The notes beneath the pieces are model-generated. The model was given only the letters and a program-made list of their open reading frames with translations. It searched no databases and was not told the DNA's origin. Shown here in pieces: positions 48,484 to 59,383 of a stretch of DNA of 64,000 bases. This DNA is from Bacillota bacterium (GTDB lineage: Bacteria; Bacillota; Sulfobacillia; JAUYEG01). The position numbers and the translations under genes are program-made. The stretch covers positions 8,239-72,238 of the forward strand of contig JAXGPL010000014.1 of assembly GCA_040766985.1 (NCBI GenBank), in the 5' to 3' direction. Numbering within the stretch: position 1 is the first letter of the stretch; the number at the start of each line of letters is the position of its first letter.

Positions 48484-49510
48484 GTGCGGCCGGTTGAGTT
48501 GCGTTCTGACACGTTCACGGTGCCGACCCCGAAGATGAGACGCGCGATGTACGAGGCTGAAGTCGGCGACGACGACTACGGCGAAGACCCGACCGTCAAC
48601 CGTCTGGAAGAGCTGGCGGCCGACATGCTTGGCCAGGAAGCCGCGCTATTCGTACTCAGCGGGACGATGGGCAATCAAGTGGCCGTGATGACCCACGCCG
48701 GCCGCGGCGACGAGGTCATCGTCGAGCAAGAAGCGCACGTGTTTTTCTATGAGGTCGGGGGCATCAGTGGGCTGGCCGGGGCACACGTCCGTACGGTGCG
48801 TGGCGAGCACGGAGTGCCGCCTCTTTGGCCGTCGAAGCTGCGATCAGAGGAAAACCACCACTTTCCGCGCACCAAGCTGCTGTGCCTGGAAAACACCCAC
48901 AACCGCGCGGGGGGCACGGTGATGACCCCTGCGCAGACGGTGGCCCTTGCCGGTCTGGCCCACCGGTACGGGCTCCAGGTCCATCTCGATGGGGCAAGGG
49001 TCTTCAACGCCGCGGTGCGGCTGGGAGTGCCCGTCGGAGAACTCACCGCGCCCGTCGATTCCGTCCAGATCTGCCTTCTAAGGGTCTCTGCTGCGGCGCA
49101 GGGTCGATCCTCGCGGGATCCGCGGCATTCATCGCCGAGGCCCGCCGAAACCGCAAGGTCATCGGGGGAGGACTCAGGCAGGCCGGTTTCCTGGCAGCCC
49201 CGGCAATCATCGCCCTGACCGAGATGGTCGACAGGCTCGCGGAGGACAACGCCCGGCCGCGACGCTCGCGCAAGGCCTTGACGGCCTGCCGGGAGTGACG
49301 ATCGACGTTGCCTCGGCCGAGACCAACATCGTGTGCTTTGAAGTCAACAACGCGGCCAAGTGGGTTTCTGAGCTGAAGGACCGGGGTGTCTTGGCCAACA
49401 CGATGAGCCCGACGACGGTGCGCCTGGTCACTCACAAGGATGTGGGAGACGAGGATATCCGATACGCGCTCCTGCAGTTGGCCGACGTGGCCGGGCGGCT
49501 GGCGGGGTAG
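48484..49510 (+). CDS. ltaE: Low-specificity L-threonine aldolase; two frameshifts in this assembly
   Basis: [17 protein letters not shown]...[16 protein letters not shown]...SGTMGNQ is in 48397-49218. [41 protein letters not shown] is in 48825-49298. ETNIVCFEV and the C-terminus are in 49295-49510. The GTG 48484 start is tentative. Confidence 0.8.
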
Positions 49511-49516
49511 GACCGG

Positions 49517-50902
49517 ATGGCGAGAAGCCGCGAACAAGGCCCCAACCTGTTTGCGCCGGAGGCCTCACGCCTGCGGGCGGAGGCCCCGCTCGCGGCGCGC
49601 ATGAGGCCCCTTGACCTTGACGCCTACCTGGGGCAAGAGGCGATCGTCGGCCAGGGCACGGTGCTGCGAAGGGCAATCGAGGACGACACGCTGGGGTCGT
49701 TTGTTTTTTGGGGCCCTGCGGGGAGCGGCAAGACCACCCTGGCCCGGATCATCGCTTCGACGACCAAGGCGCACTTCGAGCAGTTAAGCGCGGTATCCGC
49801 GGGGGTTGCCGACGTCCGGCGGACCATCCAGGAGGCCAGGCACCGCCTTGCGCAAGAGGGCCGACGCACGGTCTTGTTCATCGACGAGATCCACCGGTTC
49901 AATAAAGCCCAGCAGGATGCCCTGCTGCCGGCCGTCGAGGACGGCACCATTTATCTGATCGGAGCCACTACCGAAAACCCCTACTTCGAGGTCACGCAGG
50001 CGCTGGTTTCCCGGTGCAGGGTGTTCAGGCTGGAGAAGCTCACTGCCGACCAGATCCGCGCTCTTTTGCGCCGCGCGTTGGAAGATGAGGAGCAGGGGCT
50101 TGGGCGGCTCCGGCCGCAGATCGACGATGACGCCATCGAACACCTTGTCACTGTGGCTGACGGCGACGCGCGTTCGGCCCTAAATGCCCTTGAGCTGGCA
50201 GTGCTCACGGCAACGCCCGGCCCGGATGCGGAGAGGCATGTCGATCTCCAGCGCGCGATCGATGCCGTCCAGCGGCGGGCCCTTCGCTACGACAGGCAGG
50301 GTGATGCGCATTACGACGCCTCCTCAGCCCTGATCAAGAGCATGCGCGGCAGCGACCCGGACGCGGCGGTCTACTGGCTGGCGAGGATGATCGACGCCGG
50401 CGAGGACCCCGTGTTCATCGCCCGCCGGATCGTTATCTGCGCCGCCGAGGATGTGGGCAACGCGGACCCGCGCGCGTTGATGGTCGCAACGGCCGCGGCC
50501 TATGCCACCACAATGATCGGGCTGCCTGAAGCCCGTATCCCGCTGGCCCAGGCGGCGATCTACGTAGCCACCGCGCCAAAGAGCAACGCCTGTTGCGCGG
50601 CGATCGACGCAGCGCTCAAAGATGTGCGCGAGCGGCCGGACAGCGGGGTCCCGTTTCACCTTCGCAACGCGCCGCACCCGGGCATGGCGCAGCACGGGTT
50701 CGGCGTGGGTTACCAGTATCCGCACAACTTCCCCGGCCATTACGTAAAGCAGGCGTACCTTCCGCCGGAGCTCGCCGGGGCAACATATTACCGGCCTGCC
50801 GACACCGGCGAAGAAGCCGAAGTCACCCGAAGGATGAGCGATTTGTCAGGGTTGACCCGCAAGCCTGACGATGGTAGTATGCCCTCAGAGGACAAAGCCT
50901 AG
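49517..50902 (+). CDS. rarA: Replication-associated recombination protein A (RarA/MgsA AAA+ ATPase)
   Basis: 461 aa with FWGPAGSGKTTLARI, LFIDEIHRFNKAQQDALLP and IGATTENPYFEV. It also has DAHYDASSALIKSMRGSDPDAAVYWLARM and EDVGNADP. Confidence 0.9.
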   Translation: MARSREQGPNLFAPEASRLRAEAPLAARMRPLDLDAYLGQEAIVGQGTVLRRAIEDDTLGSFVFWGPAGSGKTTLARIIASTTKAHFEQLSAVSAGVADVRRTIQEARHRLAQEGRRTVLFIDEIHRFNKAQQDALLPAVEDGTIYLIGATTENPYFEVTQALVSRCRVFRLEKLTADQIRALLRRALEDEEQGLGRLRPQIDDDAIEHLVTVADGDARSALNALELAVLTATPGPDAERHVDLQRAIDAVQRRALRYDRQGDAHYDASSALIKSMRGSDPDAAVYWLARMIDAGEDPVFIARRIVICAAEDVGNADPRALMVATAAAYATTMIGLPEARIPLAQAAIYVATAPKSNACCAAIDAALKDVRERPDSGVPFHLRNAPHPGMAQHGFGVGYQYPHNFPGHYVKQAYLPPELAGATYYRPADTGEEAEVTRRMSDLSGLTRKPDDGSMPSEDKA

Positions 50903-51008
50903 TTGTTTGGTAGGGTATAGGGCGGCACCGCGAAGGCACGACAGCAAGACACAACTGGATTGTACTGCGGGGCCGGATTTCGCAAGCCCGGGGCACGGAG
51001 GCGTAACC

Positions 51009-51491
51009 ATGCGGCTATCCACACGCGGCAGATACGGCGTTGCGGCGTTGTATGAGTTGGCAACCCGGTCGGACGGGTCGCCCGTGACCCTTCGCCAGAT
51101 AGCGGAGGGGCAGGGGCTTTCGGAGAGCTATCTTGAGCAGCTTTTCCTGGCCCTGCGGCGGGCTGACGTAGTCAGCAGCGTGCGCGGGGCGCAGGGCGGG
51201 TACGTCCTTGCCCGTCCAGCCGCGGAGATTACCATCGGCGACATCGTCCGCGCGTTAGAGGGGCCGATCGCCCCCGTCTCGTGTGTTGCCGATGAAGAGG
51301 CCTGCACACGAGACCACCTTGACGGCTGCCCTACCAGACCGATCTGGATCAGGCTCGCACGGTGCATGAACCGGGTGCTTGATTCGATCACGCTTGCGGA
51401 CATTTCCGAGGCGGAGCCGGGCACGGTTTCGGATGAACCGTGCCGGATGTGCACTTCCCGGCAAGGAGGCAGCAGCCACCCAGATGACTAG
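51009..51491 (+). CDS. Rrf2 family transcriptional regulator (CymR/IscR-like)
   Basis: MRLSTRGRYGVAALYELA..., with SESYLEQLFLALRRADVVSSVRGAQGGYVLA as the wHTH. Cys residues in the C-terminal part (VSCV...C...C) are compatible with an Fe-S binding type. It sits directly upstream of nifS/nifU. Confidence 0.85.
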   Translation: MRLSTRGRYGVAALYELATRSDGSPVTLRQIAEGQGLSESYLEQLFLALRRADVVSSVRGAQGGYVLARPAAEITIGDIVRALEGPIAPVSCVADEEACTRDHLDGCPTRPIWIRLARCMNRVLDSITLADISEAEPGTVSDEPCRMCTSRQGGSSHPDD

Positions 51492-52719
51492 CCACAGCAG
51501 TTCGGCCACAAGGCATGTCTACCTCGACAATGCCGCGACGACCCGGGTGCGCCCGGAAGTCGCGCAGGCGATTGTCAATTTCATGACCGAGGATTACGGC
51601 AACCCGTCGAGCATCCACTCCTGGGGGCGTACGGCCAGGGAGGCGATGGAGCAGGCGCGCGCAAACGTCGCGAGGCTCATCGGCGCCCGGCAAACGGAGA
51701 TCATCTTTACCAGCGGCGGCACCGAAGCGGACAACCTTGCGATCATCGGCGCGGCCCGCGGCGCCCGGGACGGCCGCAACCATATCATCACGAGCCGGAT
51801 CGAGCACCACGCCGTGCTCCATTCGTGCGAGTACCTTGAGGAGCGCGGCTTTGAAGTGACGTACCTGCCGGTCGACTGCGAGGGGCTGGTCGATCCGGAT
51901 GAGGTCCGGCGGGCGATTACCCCGAAGACGTTGCTGGTGACGATCATGCACGGCAACAACGAAGTCGGCACGATTGAGCCGGTCGCGGAAATCGGGCGGA
52001 TCTGCCGGGAGGCCGGGGTGCTGTTTCACAGCGACGCGGTGCAGAGCGCCGGCAAAGTGCCGATCGACGTGCAGGCGATGAACATCGACATGCTGACGGT
52101 GTCAGGGCACAAGATGTACGGCCCCAAGGGAGCCGGCTCGCTGTACGTGCGTCGCGGCATCCGGCTCGAGCCGCTGCAGCACGGCGGTTCCCACGAGCGC
52201 AAGCTGCGCGCCGGCACTGAAAACGTGCCCGGCATCGTCGGCTACGGCGTCGCGGCAGACCTTGCGCATCAAGAGCTGGACGGACTCGCCGCGCGCCTCT
52301 CCGCGATGCGGGACGCCCTGATCGACGGCCTTTTGGCGCTCCCCAATACCAGGCTCAACGGGCACCGCACGCTGCGGCTGCCGCACAACGTCAACGTCAG
52401 CTTCCGGGACATCGAGGGCGAGTCGGTGTTGTTGGCCCTGGACATGGCCGGGATCGCGGCCTCGACCGGCTCAGCCTGCACCTCCGGTTCGCTGCAGCCG
52501 TCGCACGTGCTCCTCGCCATGGGCAACAGCCACCAGGACGCGCAGGGCAGTATCCGGATGACCCTCGGCCGCGACAACGAGCCTCAGGATGTGGTATACA
52601 TTCTGGACCGCATCGGGCCGATCGTCGCCAGGCTGCGTTCGATGTCGCCGCTGGCGGTTGCAGCGGCTGCGCCCTGCGCTGGCGCTGGCGAGGCCAAGAC
52701 AAAGGAGGGCCCGAAGTGA
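51484..52719 (+). CDS. nifS: Cysteine desulfurase (NifS/IscS type, class V PLP)
   Basis: The start ATGACTAG overlaps the upstream stop. YLDNAATT, SGGTEADN, HAVL, the PLP lysine in SGHKMYGPKG, and the active-site loop STGSACTSGS are present. Confidence 0.9.
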   Translation: MTSHSSSATRHVYLDNAATTRVRPEVAQAIVNFMTEDYGNPSSIHSWGRTAREAMEQARANVARLIGARQTEIIFTSGGTEADNLAIIGAARGARDGRNHIITSRIEHHAVLHSCEYLEERGFEVTYLPVDCEGLVDPDEVRRAITPKTLLVTIMHGNNEVGTIEPVAEIGRICREAGVLFHSDAVQSAGKVPIDVQAMNIDMLTVSGHKMYGPKGAGSLYVRRGIRLEPLQHGGSHERKLRAGTENVPGIVGYGVAADLAHQELDGLAARLSAMRDALIDGLLALPNTRLNGHRTLRLPHNVNVSFRDIEGESVLLALDMAGIAASTGSACTSGSLQPSHVLLAMGNSHQDAQGSIRMTLGRDNEPQDVVYILDRIGPIVARLRSMSPLAVAAAAPCAGAGEAKTKEGPK

Positions 52720-53105
52720 GCGAGGCCTATACGGATAAGGTGATGGACCACTTCATGAACCCGCGCAACGTCGGCGAGATTGCGGAGGCCGACGGCGTCG
52801 GCCAGGTCGGCAACCCGGTCTGCGGCGACGTCATGCGCATTTACATCAAGCTTGATGAGAGCGGGCGGATCGCGGATGTCAAGTTCAAGACGTTCGGCTG
52901 CGGCGCCGCCATCGCGACAAGCAGCATGATCACTGAACTCGTCAAGGGCAAGACCTTAGAAGACGCCCTCGCCATCTCCAACCGCACCGTGGCGGATGCC
53001 CTCGGCGGGTTGCGCCGCGCAGATGCTGCTCGGCCTACCGGCGATGCGCTCTCGCCTGTCTGTGCGCTCTGGGCGACCAGCGCAAGGCCCGCACCCCGAT
53101 CGTGA
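52716..53105 (+). CDS. nifU: Fe-S cluster assembly scaffold NifU/IscU; 3' part frameshifted in this assembly
   Basis: YTDKVMDHFMNPRNVGE...GNPVCGDVMRIYIKL...FKTFGCGAAIATSSM is a textbook IscU N-domain. After ...ADALGGL (about 53005) the expected LPxxKxHCS segment is not readable in a single frame. Confidence 0.75.
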   Translation: MSEAYTDKVMDHFMNPRNVGEIAEADGVGQVGNPVCGDVMRIYIKLDESGRIADVKFKTFGCGAAIATSSMITELVKGKTLEDALAISNRTVADALGGLRRADAARPTGDALSPVCALWATSARPAPRS

Positions 53106-53881
53106 GCTCGACGTGCCATACGACGCCGAGCGCAACCACGCATGCGACGACGAGCAAGCGCCGGCGGTGGCGATGTGCGGAACCCGGACGCGCCGTGCAC
53201 CCTGCGCATCAACGGAAGGTGTAAGCAGCCGGCGCAGCAGGACACTACACATCGCTGTTCGATCAGGGCCGCCCGCAAGGAGCGCTGGCGCTACCTCGAC
53301 TCCGCAGTGAGGGAACACTAGCCGTTGACGCTGCGCATCGCCGGTTGGGCTGTGGCGAGAGATTTCCGGCGTGGAAAGGGGCCTCAGCTGCCGGCACGTA
53401 CTCGTGCCGCAGTTTTTCCGGACCTGTCCCGTCTGCGGGGAGCAGGCCCCGATCGGTCGCATCGGCGCCGCGCAGTTTTCTGTTGGGTTGTTCGCACGCA
53501 GTTCTCCCGCGGTGGTTCGCGGGCCCGGGTATAAATCGACGATGACGGTACGGCAACGCCGCAGCGGCTTGCCTCGTCCACGATGGAATACCGCACCATC
53601 CCCACCCGGATGGGGAAGGAGCGATGGGTCAAACATGGAACTGCGTGAGGAGGTGAGCGGGCAACTGAATCAGCACGGGAAGGCATGTTGACGGGGTGTT
53701 CGTGGGAGCAGCAGTAGGCATGTGGTTAGGGCCGCACGTTCTGAACAACGATGGGCGCGACAACATGGTGCAGATGGCGAGGGGCGGCAGCCGACCGTGC
53801 CGAGCGCATGTTCCGGCAGGGCAAGGCCGAGATGTCGGAGGCAATGTCTAAGTAAGCCGAAGTCCGCTCAGGAGGGTTTCC

Positions 53882-54915
53882 ATGGGAACGGTCGCTGACT
53901 GGTTCAACTGAACATCGGCGGCTCCTCAAGGCCGCCGTTTTGCTCGCCCTCGTATCGCTGGCGTGTGGCGCGTATCCGGGTGTGCTACTCCCGTTCGTCC
54001 TGGCGATCGTCACTCATGCCTCTTCAACCCGCTGGTCAAACTCTGGTCAAGAAAGGTTTTCGCGTACCGCGGCTCTGGTGTTCATCTACGTCGTCTTCTT
54101 TCTGACGGTCGCGGTGGGAGTGGGCATTGTCATACCGACAGTTGTCTTCGAAAACCAGCCGCCGCTGGCCAGTTCGTGCCGCAGTACTTGCCCAGGTGCA
54201 GAGATGGCCTACGAGTTCCAGGCGCGGTAGCGAAAGTGCAGGTTGCCGCGGCAAGTGCGGCAGGCCATCGACGACGCGGTGCTGACGGTCAGGGCAGGTG
54301 CTCAGGCTCGTCCGGTTCGCGGCGCAAGGCTTGTTCTCGGCGTCTTCTCCGCGTTCTTCAGCCTCATCGTCGCGCCGGTGCTCTCCAGCTACCTGCTAAG
54401 GGACGTCGACGGCTTGCGTGCAGGCGCTGGCAGGTTCATCCCGTCCAGAGACCGCAGGGCACCCTCAAGTTTGCTCTCCGAGATCGGCTGGGGTTGGCCG
54501 GCATCGCGGTCAACTGATCGTGCGCGCCATCCGTCGGCTCGCTGGTCACCTGGCCCTGTTCCTGCTCGGCATCCGGTTCGCGGTCATCCTCGGCATCGTG
54601 GCCCGGGTCATGGTCATCATGCTTCGGCCCGTTCGATGGAGCAATCCCGGCGCTCGCCGTCGCCGCTTCCACGTCGACGCTGGGCGCAATCCAGGTCCTT
54701 GTCGCACTTACGGCGATACAGCAACTCGAAGCGCAGTTCATTTCGCCACCGGATCATCGGCTTGAGCATGTCCGGCCTGCCCCTGGCCGTGATCTTTACC
54801 GCGCAACGCAGGCCTTGAGCTGTTCGGCGTTATCGGCATGCTCGTGGCGGTTCCGGTCGCCGGGATCATCCGGATCTCCTCGACCACTGGGTCGCGGACG
54901 CAACTCAAGGGATGA
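53882..54915 (+). pseudogene. AI-2E family transporter (PerM/YrrI-like permease), heavily frameshifted here
   Basis: Family motifs appear in all three + frames in turn. They are LLPFVLAIV, NPLVKLW, LVFIYVVFFLTVAVGVGIVIPTVV, LPRQVRQAIDDA and SLIVAPVLSSYLLRDVD. Then come IPSRDR, GQLIVRAI, LFLLGIRFAVILGI, IPALAVA, IQQLEAQFISP, GLPLAVIF, ELFGVIGMLVAVPVAGIIRI. At least 6 indels are implied. The end coordinate is approximate. Confidence 0.7.
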
Positions 54916-55261
54916 ACGCGGGGGTGACGACGTCACGGACGAGCAGGCCAAGGCCCTGCAAGGCCTACAGCCCGAGCACTTCGCGGGCGCCGTGCACGCC
55001 CTCGAGGGGCCCGGCGGCGAAGTCCGGGCGTTGGGCAGAGCGGGCGGGCAAAGAGGACGCGCAACCCGGCGCCGGGATGAAGCACGATGGTGGCGCCGGC
55101 CAGCGCTGTGCGACGCAGTCCCCGCTGCAACGACTCAGCCCACTGAGCGCATGGAAAAGCCGCGGGTAGAATAGGCTCCAAGAAGCGTGCGAAGATGAGA
55201 CTCAGATGACAGGTCCAATAGCGGGTCCAAGCGATGACGCGGTAGCGCTCACACGGTCCTT

Positions 55262-55512
55262 TCAAGAGAAGGAGCCCAGGGCGTAAGCTCCAGAGGAGTG
55301 AGGGACGCCGGCCGACCGCCGAGCCCCGGGCGAAATGGCCTCGCGCAAGCCCGGCGTATGCAGGGCGTTAGCCTGTTGCTCCGCTCCAGTCCGCGGTTGC
55401 GCGCCACCTACGCGTGGCCGGCGACGGAGCGGGCTCTGAGGTCACCGCCGCAAGGCGGCGACGGATAAGGAGTGGTAGCGCGGCCCGCGCCCTTGGCGTG
55501 GGCTTATTCATT
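55262..55512 (+). promoter_or_regulatory. T-box riboswitch leader of alaS
   Basis: The conserved T-box sequence AAGGAGTGGTAGCGCGG (55467-55483) resembles the consensus AA..GGGUGGUACCGCG. It is followed directly by the terminator GCCCGCGCC-cttg-GCGTGGGC plus TTATTCATT (55484-55510). An AGAGA-type stem I start lies near 55265. A strong RBS and ATG follow the terminator. I could not assign the specifier codon with confidence. Confidence 0.6.
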
Positions 55513-55529
55513 GCCGAGGAGGACTCCCG

Positions 55530-58283
55530 ATGACCAACCCGATCGACATCAAAAACCAAATCAAGCTGGGCTCCTGAAACCGGGTCCGGGGGTGCCGCGC
55601 CTGGTGGGCCACGTTCGCGTTCCCTACCTCACGGGGCATCAGGCAAGGGAGACCTTCCTTCGGTTTTTGAAAGCAAGGGGCACACGGTGGTTGCCGAGCT
55701 ATCCACTCGTGCCGAGCGACGACCCGTCGATCCTGTGGGTCAACTGCGGGATGGCTCCCCTCAAACCGTTTTACCAGGGCGTTGCTACGCCGCAACGTGC
55801 GCCTTGCCAGTTCGCAGAAGTCGATCCGGCTCAACGACATCGAGAACGTCGGCCCGCCCGCGACTTCGGGGCCGTTTGAGATGCTGGGCAATTTCTCGAT
55901 CGGGGACTACTTCAAGCAGGACGCCATCGTATGGGCCTGGGAACTCGTTACCCAGCATTACAAGCTGCCGGTCGACCTGCTGTGGATTACAGTACCCGAC
56001 GGACGACGAGGCCGCCAGATCTGGCTCAACGAGGTGGGCATCACGCCCGACCGCATCGTTGATGACGAGACCAACTTCTGGGACATCATTTCCGGCCGCT
56101 GCAGGCCCAACAGCGAGATCTACATCGACCGCGGGCCCGACTTCGGATGCAGTTCGCCCGGCTGCGGGCCGCTCTGCGAATGCGGCAGGTACATGGAGTT
56201 CTACAATCTCGTATTCACCCAGTTTAACCGCAATGAGGACGGCAAGCGGGTCTCCCTGCCGCGGAAGAACATCGACACCGGGATGGGCCTCGAGCGCATC
56301 TCCTCAATCGTGCAGGGAGTCGCCACCAACTTTGAAACCGATCTGCTATGGCCCCTCGTCGACGGCGCCGCCCAAATCATCGGCACGCCATACGGCGTCC
56401 AACCCGAACTCGACCTGGCGATGCGCGTTATCGCCGACCACGTGCGCTCCGTCGTCTTTGCGGTCGCCGACGGCCCGCTGCCGTCCAACGAGGGCCGCGG
56501 CTACGTGATTCGCCGCCTGCTGCGCCGGGCCGCGCGATACGGCCTGACGGCAGGTGTCGAGGGCCCGTTCCTCTGTCACCTCGTCCCGGTGGCGACCGGG
56601 ATCATGGCTGAGGCCTATCCCGAGGTCCACGCCCACACTGACTTCCTGGCCGGCGTGGTCCGGCGCGAGGAGGAGCGGTTTGGAGCCGCACTCAGAGAGG
56701 GTATGCGCATTGCGGGCGGGCTGATCGACGATGCCATGGCCAGGTCCGAAGGCGAGTTGTCAGGCAAGGCCGCGTTCATGCTTTACGACACCTTCGGTTT
56801 TCCGTTCGACCTGACCGAAGACCTCGCGCGTGAGGCCGGTCTGACCGTCGACCGCGAGCGGTTTGACGCGGAGATGGAGACCCAACGGCGCCGGGCGCGC
56901 GACGCTCGCACAAAGGACGCTGGCTGGGAGTCCGAGGCGGCGATGGTGGCCGAGTCGCTCGGCGACGTAGCCGCGGGCGGTTTCGTCGGATACGACCAGC
57001 TTGAAGTACGGGCCCGTATCACTGGCCTCGTAGCGGGCGGTGAGCGGGTCGGCAAGATCGACGTCGCACGAGAGGGAGACGCACCTGATATCTACTGCAC
57101 GCTGGACCACACGCCCTTCTACGCGGAGGCTGGCGGGCAGGTCGCGGACGAAGGCTGGATCGAGGCGGCGGACGGCCGCTTTACCGTTACGGACGTCCAG
57201 CGACTGACCGACGGCCGGATCGTGCACCGGCTGGGCACAGGATCGGGTTCGGTGCGTGAGGGTGACGAGGTCAAGGCGACCGTCGACGCGTCCAAACGGC
57301 TGGCGACCGCGCGCAACCACACCGCGACGCACCTCCTGCACAAAGCCCTCAAGGAGGTCCTCGGCGGGAACGTCAACCAGGCTGGCTCGTTGGTCGCGCC
57401 GGACCGCCTCCGCTTTGACTTCACGTACTCGGAGAGCATGACCCAGGCCCAACTGGAAGAGGTTGAGCGGCGGGCGAACGAGGCGATCGTGAGCGACCTG
57501 CCGGTTTCATGGTGCGAGATGCCGATCGACGAGGCCAGGGCGGCGGGCGCGATGGCCCTCTTCGGCGAGAAATACGGGGATATCGTGCGCGTCGTATCCG
57601 CCGGCGAGTGGTCACGAGAGCTCTGCGGAGGTACCCATGTCCGCGCCACGGGGCAGATCGGCCTCCTGTTTATCCCCGGCGAGAGCAGCATCGGGTCGGG
57701 CATCCGCCGCATCGAGGCCTATACCGGACACGTGGCACGGCAGATGCTCAGACGGGATCGTGCGCGCCTGGAGGAAGTGGCGGCCGCCGTGCGAGCGGCG
57801 CCCACCGATGCTGTCGCACGGATCGGCGAGTACCTCGCCAGAATCCGCGAGCTTGAACGCGAAAACGCAGCCCTGCGCACAAAGTCCGCCCGGGGTAGCC
57901 TGGAGGAGATCCTCGCGGGGGTCTGGCAATTCGCCCCGGGGCTTACTGCAGCGGCCGGCCAGGTCGCCGCGGCTTCTTTGGACGAGCTTCGCCAACACGC
58001 CGACCTGGTCCGCGATCGCCTCGGGCAGTCCGGGGTGGGAGTACTCGCCGCCGAACTGGGCGGCAGAGCCGCGTTTGTCGTGACCGTGGGCAAGGAACTG
58101 GTCGCAAAGGGGATCCGCGCCGGCGAAGTCGCCAAACGGATATCTGCCCTCGCCGACGGCAGCGGCGGCGGCAGGCCTGAGATGGCGCAGGCCGGGGGCA
58201 AGGACCCGAGCAAGATCGGGGACGCTTTGGAGTCCCTCCGCGTGCTCCTGCCCGAGATGGCGGGGCAGGGGAGGAAGGAATAG
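55530..58283 (+). CDS. alaS: Alanine--tRNA ligase; N-terminal ~90 codons frameshifted in this assembly
   Basis: A GAGGAGG RBS lies 7 nt before ATG 55530. LTGHQARETFLRFLKARGH and VPSDDPSILWVNCGMAPLKPFY are in one frame. QKSIRLNDIENVG...FEMLGNFSIGDYFK and the rest are in 55782-58283. That ORF carries the editing domain HTATHLLH and the C-terminal DHHA1-like domain. The distance from ATG 55530 to the first conserved motif is longer than usual, so the start is uncertain. Confidence 0.9.
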
Positions 58284-58343
58284 GGCTGCGGCGAACACTT
58301 CACTTCCAGGCGGGTACGGGAAAGCCGAAAGGGCGGAGGGGTA

Positions 58344-58604
58344 ATGGAGGCTGGCGAGCGCACGGAACGATTCCGGCTCGAGCGTGAGACGTACGAGGCC
58401 AGGGACGTCCTCCAACGTGTGTACCGGGCGCTGAGCGAGAAAGGCTATAACCCTGTGGAGCAGTTGGTCGGGTACCTCCTTTCCGGCGACCCGGCCTACA
58501 TCACCACCCATCTCGGCGCGCGCAGCTTGATCGCACGTGTCGAGCGCGACGAGCTACTTGAGGAGTTGGTCCGGGGTTTTGTCGCTCAGGCTTCCCAGAG
58601 CTAG
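58344..58604 (+). CDS. ireB: IreB family regulatory phosphoprotein (UPF0297, YrzL-like)
   Basis: 86 aa. [55 protein letters not shown] closely parallels B. subtilis YrzL. It holds the same position after alaS. Confidence 0.85.
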   Translation: MEAGERTERFRLERETYEARDVLQRVYRALSEKGYNPVEQLVGYLLSGDPAYITTHLGARSLIARVERDELLEELVRGFVAQASQS

Positions 58605-58649
58605 AGCCGGTACGGCAGCGCGCGTGGACTTAGGCGGAGTCAGCTGCCT

Positions 58650-59382
58650 GTGATACCGATCCGCGATAGCGTCCGTTCACGCCGGTTTCCGATCGCCACC
58701 GTCGCGCTCATCGCCGCCAACGTCGGGGTGTTTCTCTACCAGTCCAGGCTTTCGAGCCAAGACCTCCAGTACTTCTTCCTGCGCAACGGGGTTATCCCCG
58801 TCCAGTTTACACTTCTCCCGCGGTGGCTCGCCGCGGGTAAGTTCGGCAACGTCACGCTAGTGCTGGGCACGCTCGTCAGTTCGATGTTCATCCACGGCGG
58901 CATCCTCCACTTGCTTGGTAACATGCTTTATCTTTGGGTTTTCGGGGACAACGTCGAGGATCGCCTCGGCAGCGCGCGCTACCTGGTCTTCTACCTTGTG
59001 ACGGGCTCGATTGCGACCCTTGCGCACATCTTCTTCGAACCGGGCAGCACGGTTCCGCTGATCGGCGCGAGCGGGGCCATCGCGGGGGTGTTGGGCGGCT
59101 ATCGTGGCTTTTCCGAGGTCTAGGGTCTTGGCGCTGGTTCCGATATTCTTCTTCCTGCACATGGCCGAAGTGCCGGCGGTCATCTTCCTCGCGCTTTGGT
59201 TTGTGCTGCAGTTGGTCAACGGCCTCGGGGCCCTTTCACCGTCGTCCGCCGAGACCGTTGCCTGGTGGGCGCATGTCGGCGGATTCGCCGCCGGAGCCCT
59301 GCTGATGCGGTTTTTGGTCCTGCGCCGGCGGGCGCCCTCGGTATATGCAGACCGTGGCGGACCGTGGGGTCCCGTCGACTAG
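58650..59382 (+). CDS. Rhomboid family intramembrane serine protease; one frameshift in this assembly
   Basis: RFPIATVALIAANVGVF, HGGILHLLGNMLYLWVFG and the catalytic GASGAIAGVLGGY are in 58650-59123. The remaining TMs (AWWAHVGGFAAGALL) are in 59104-59382. Confidence 0.8.
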
Positions 59383-59383
59383 G

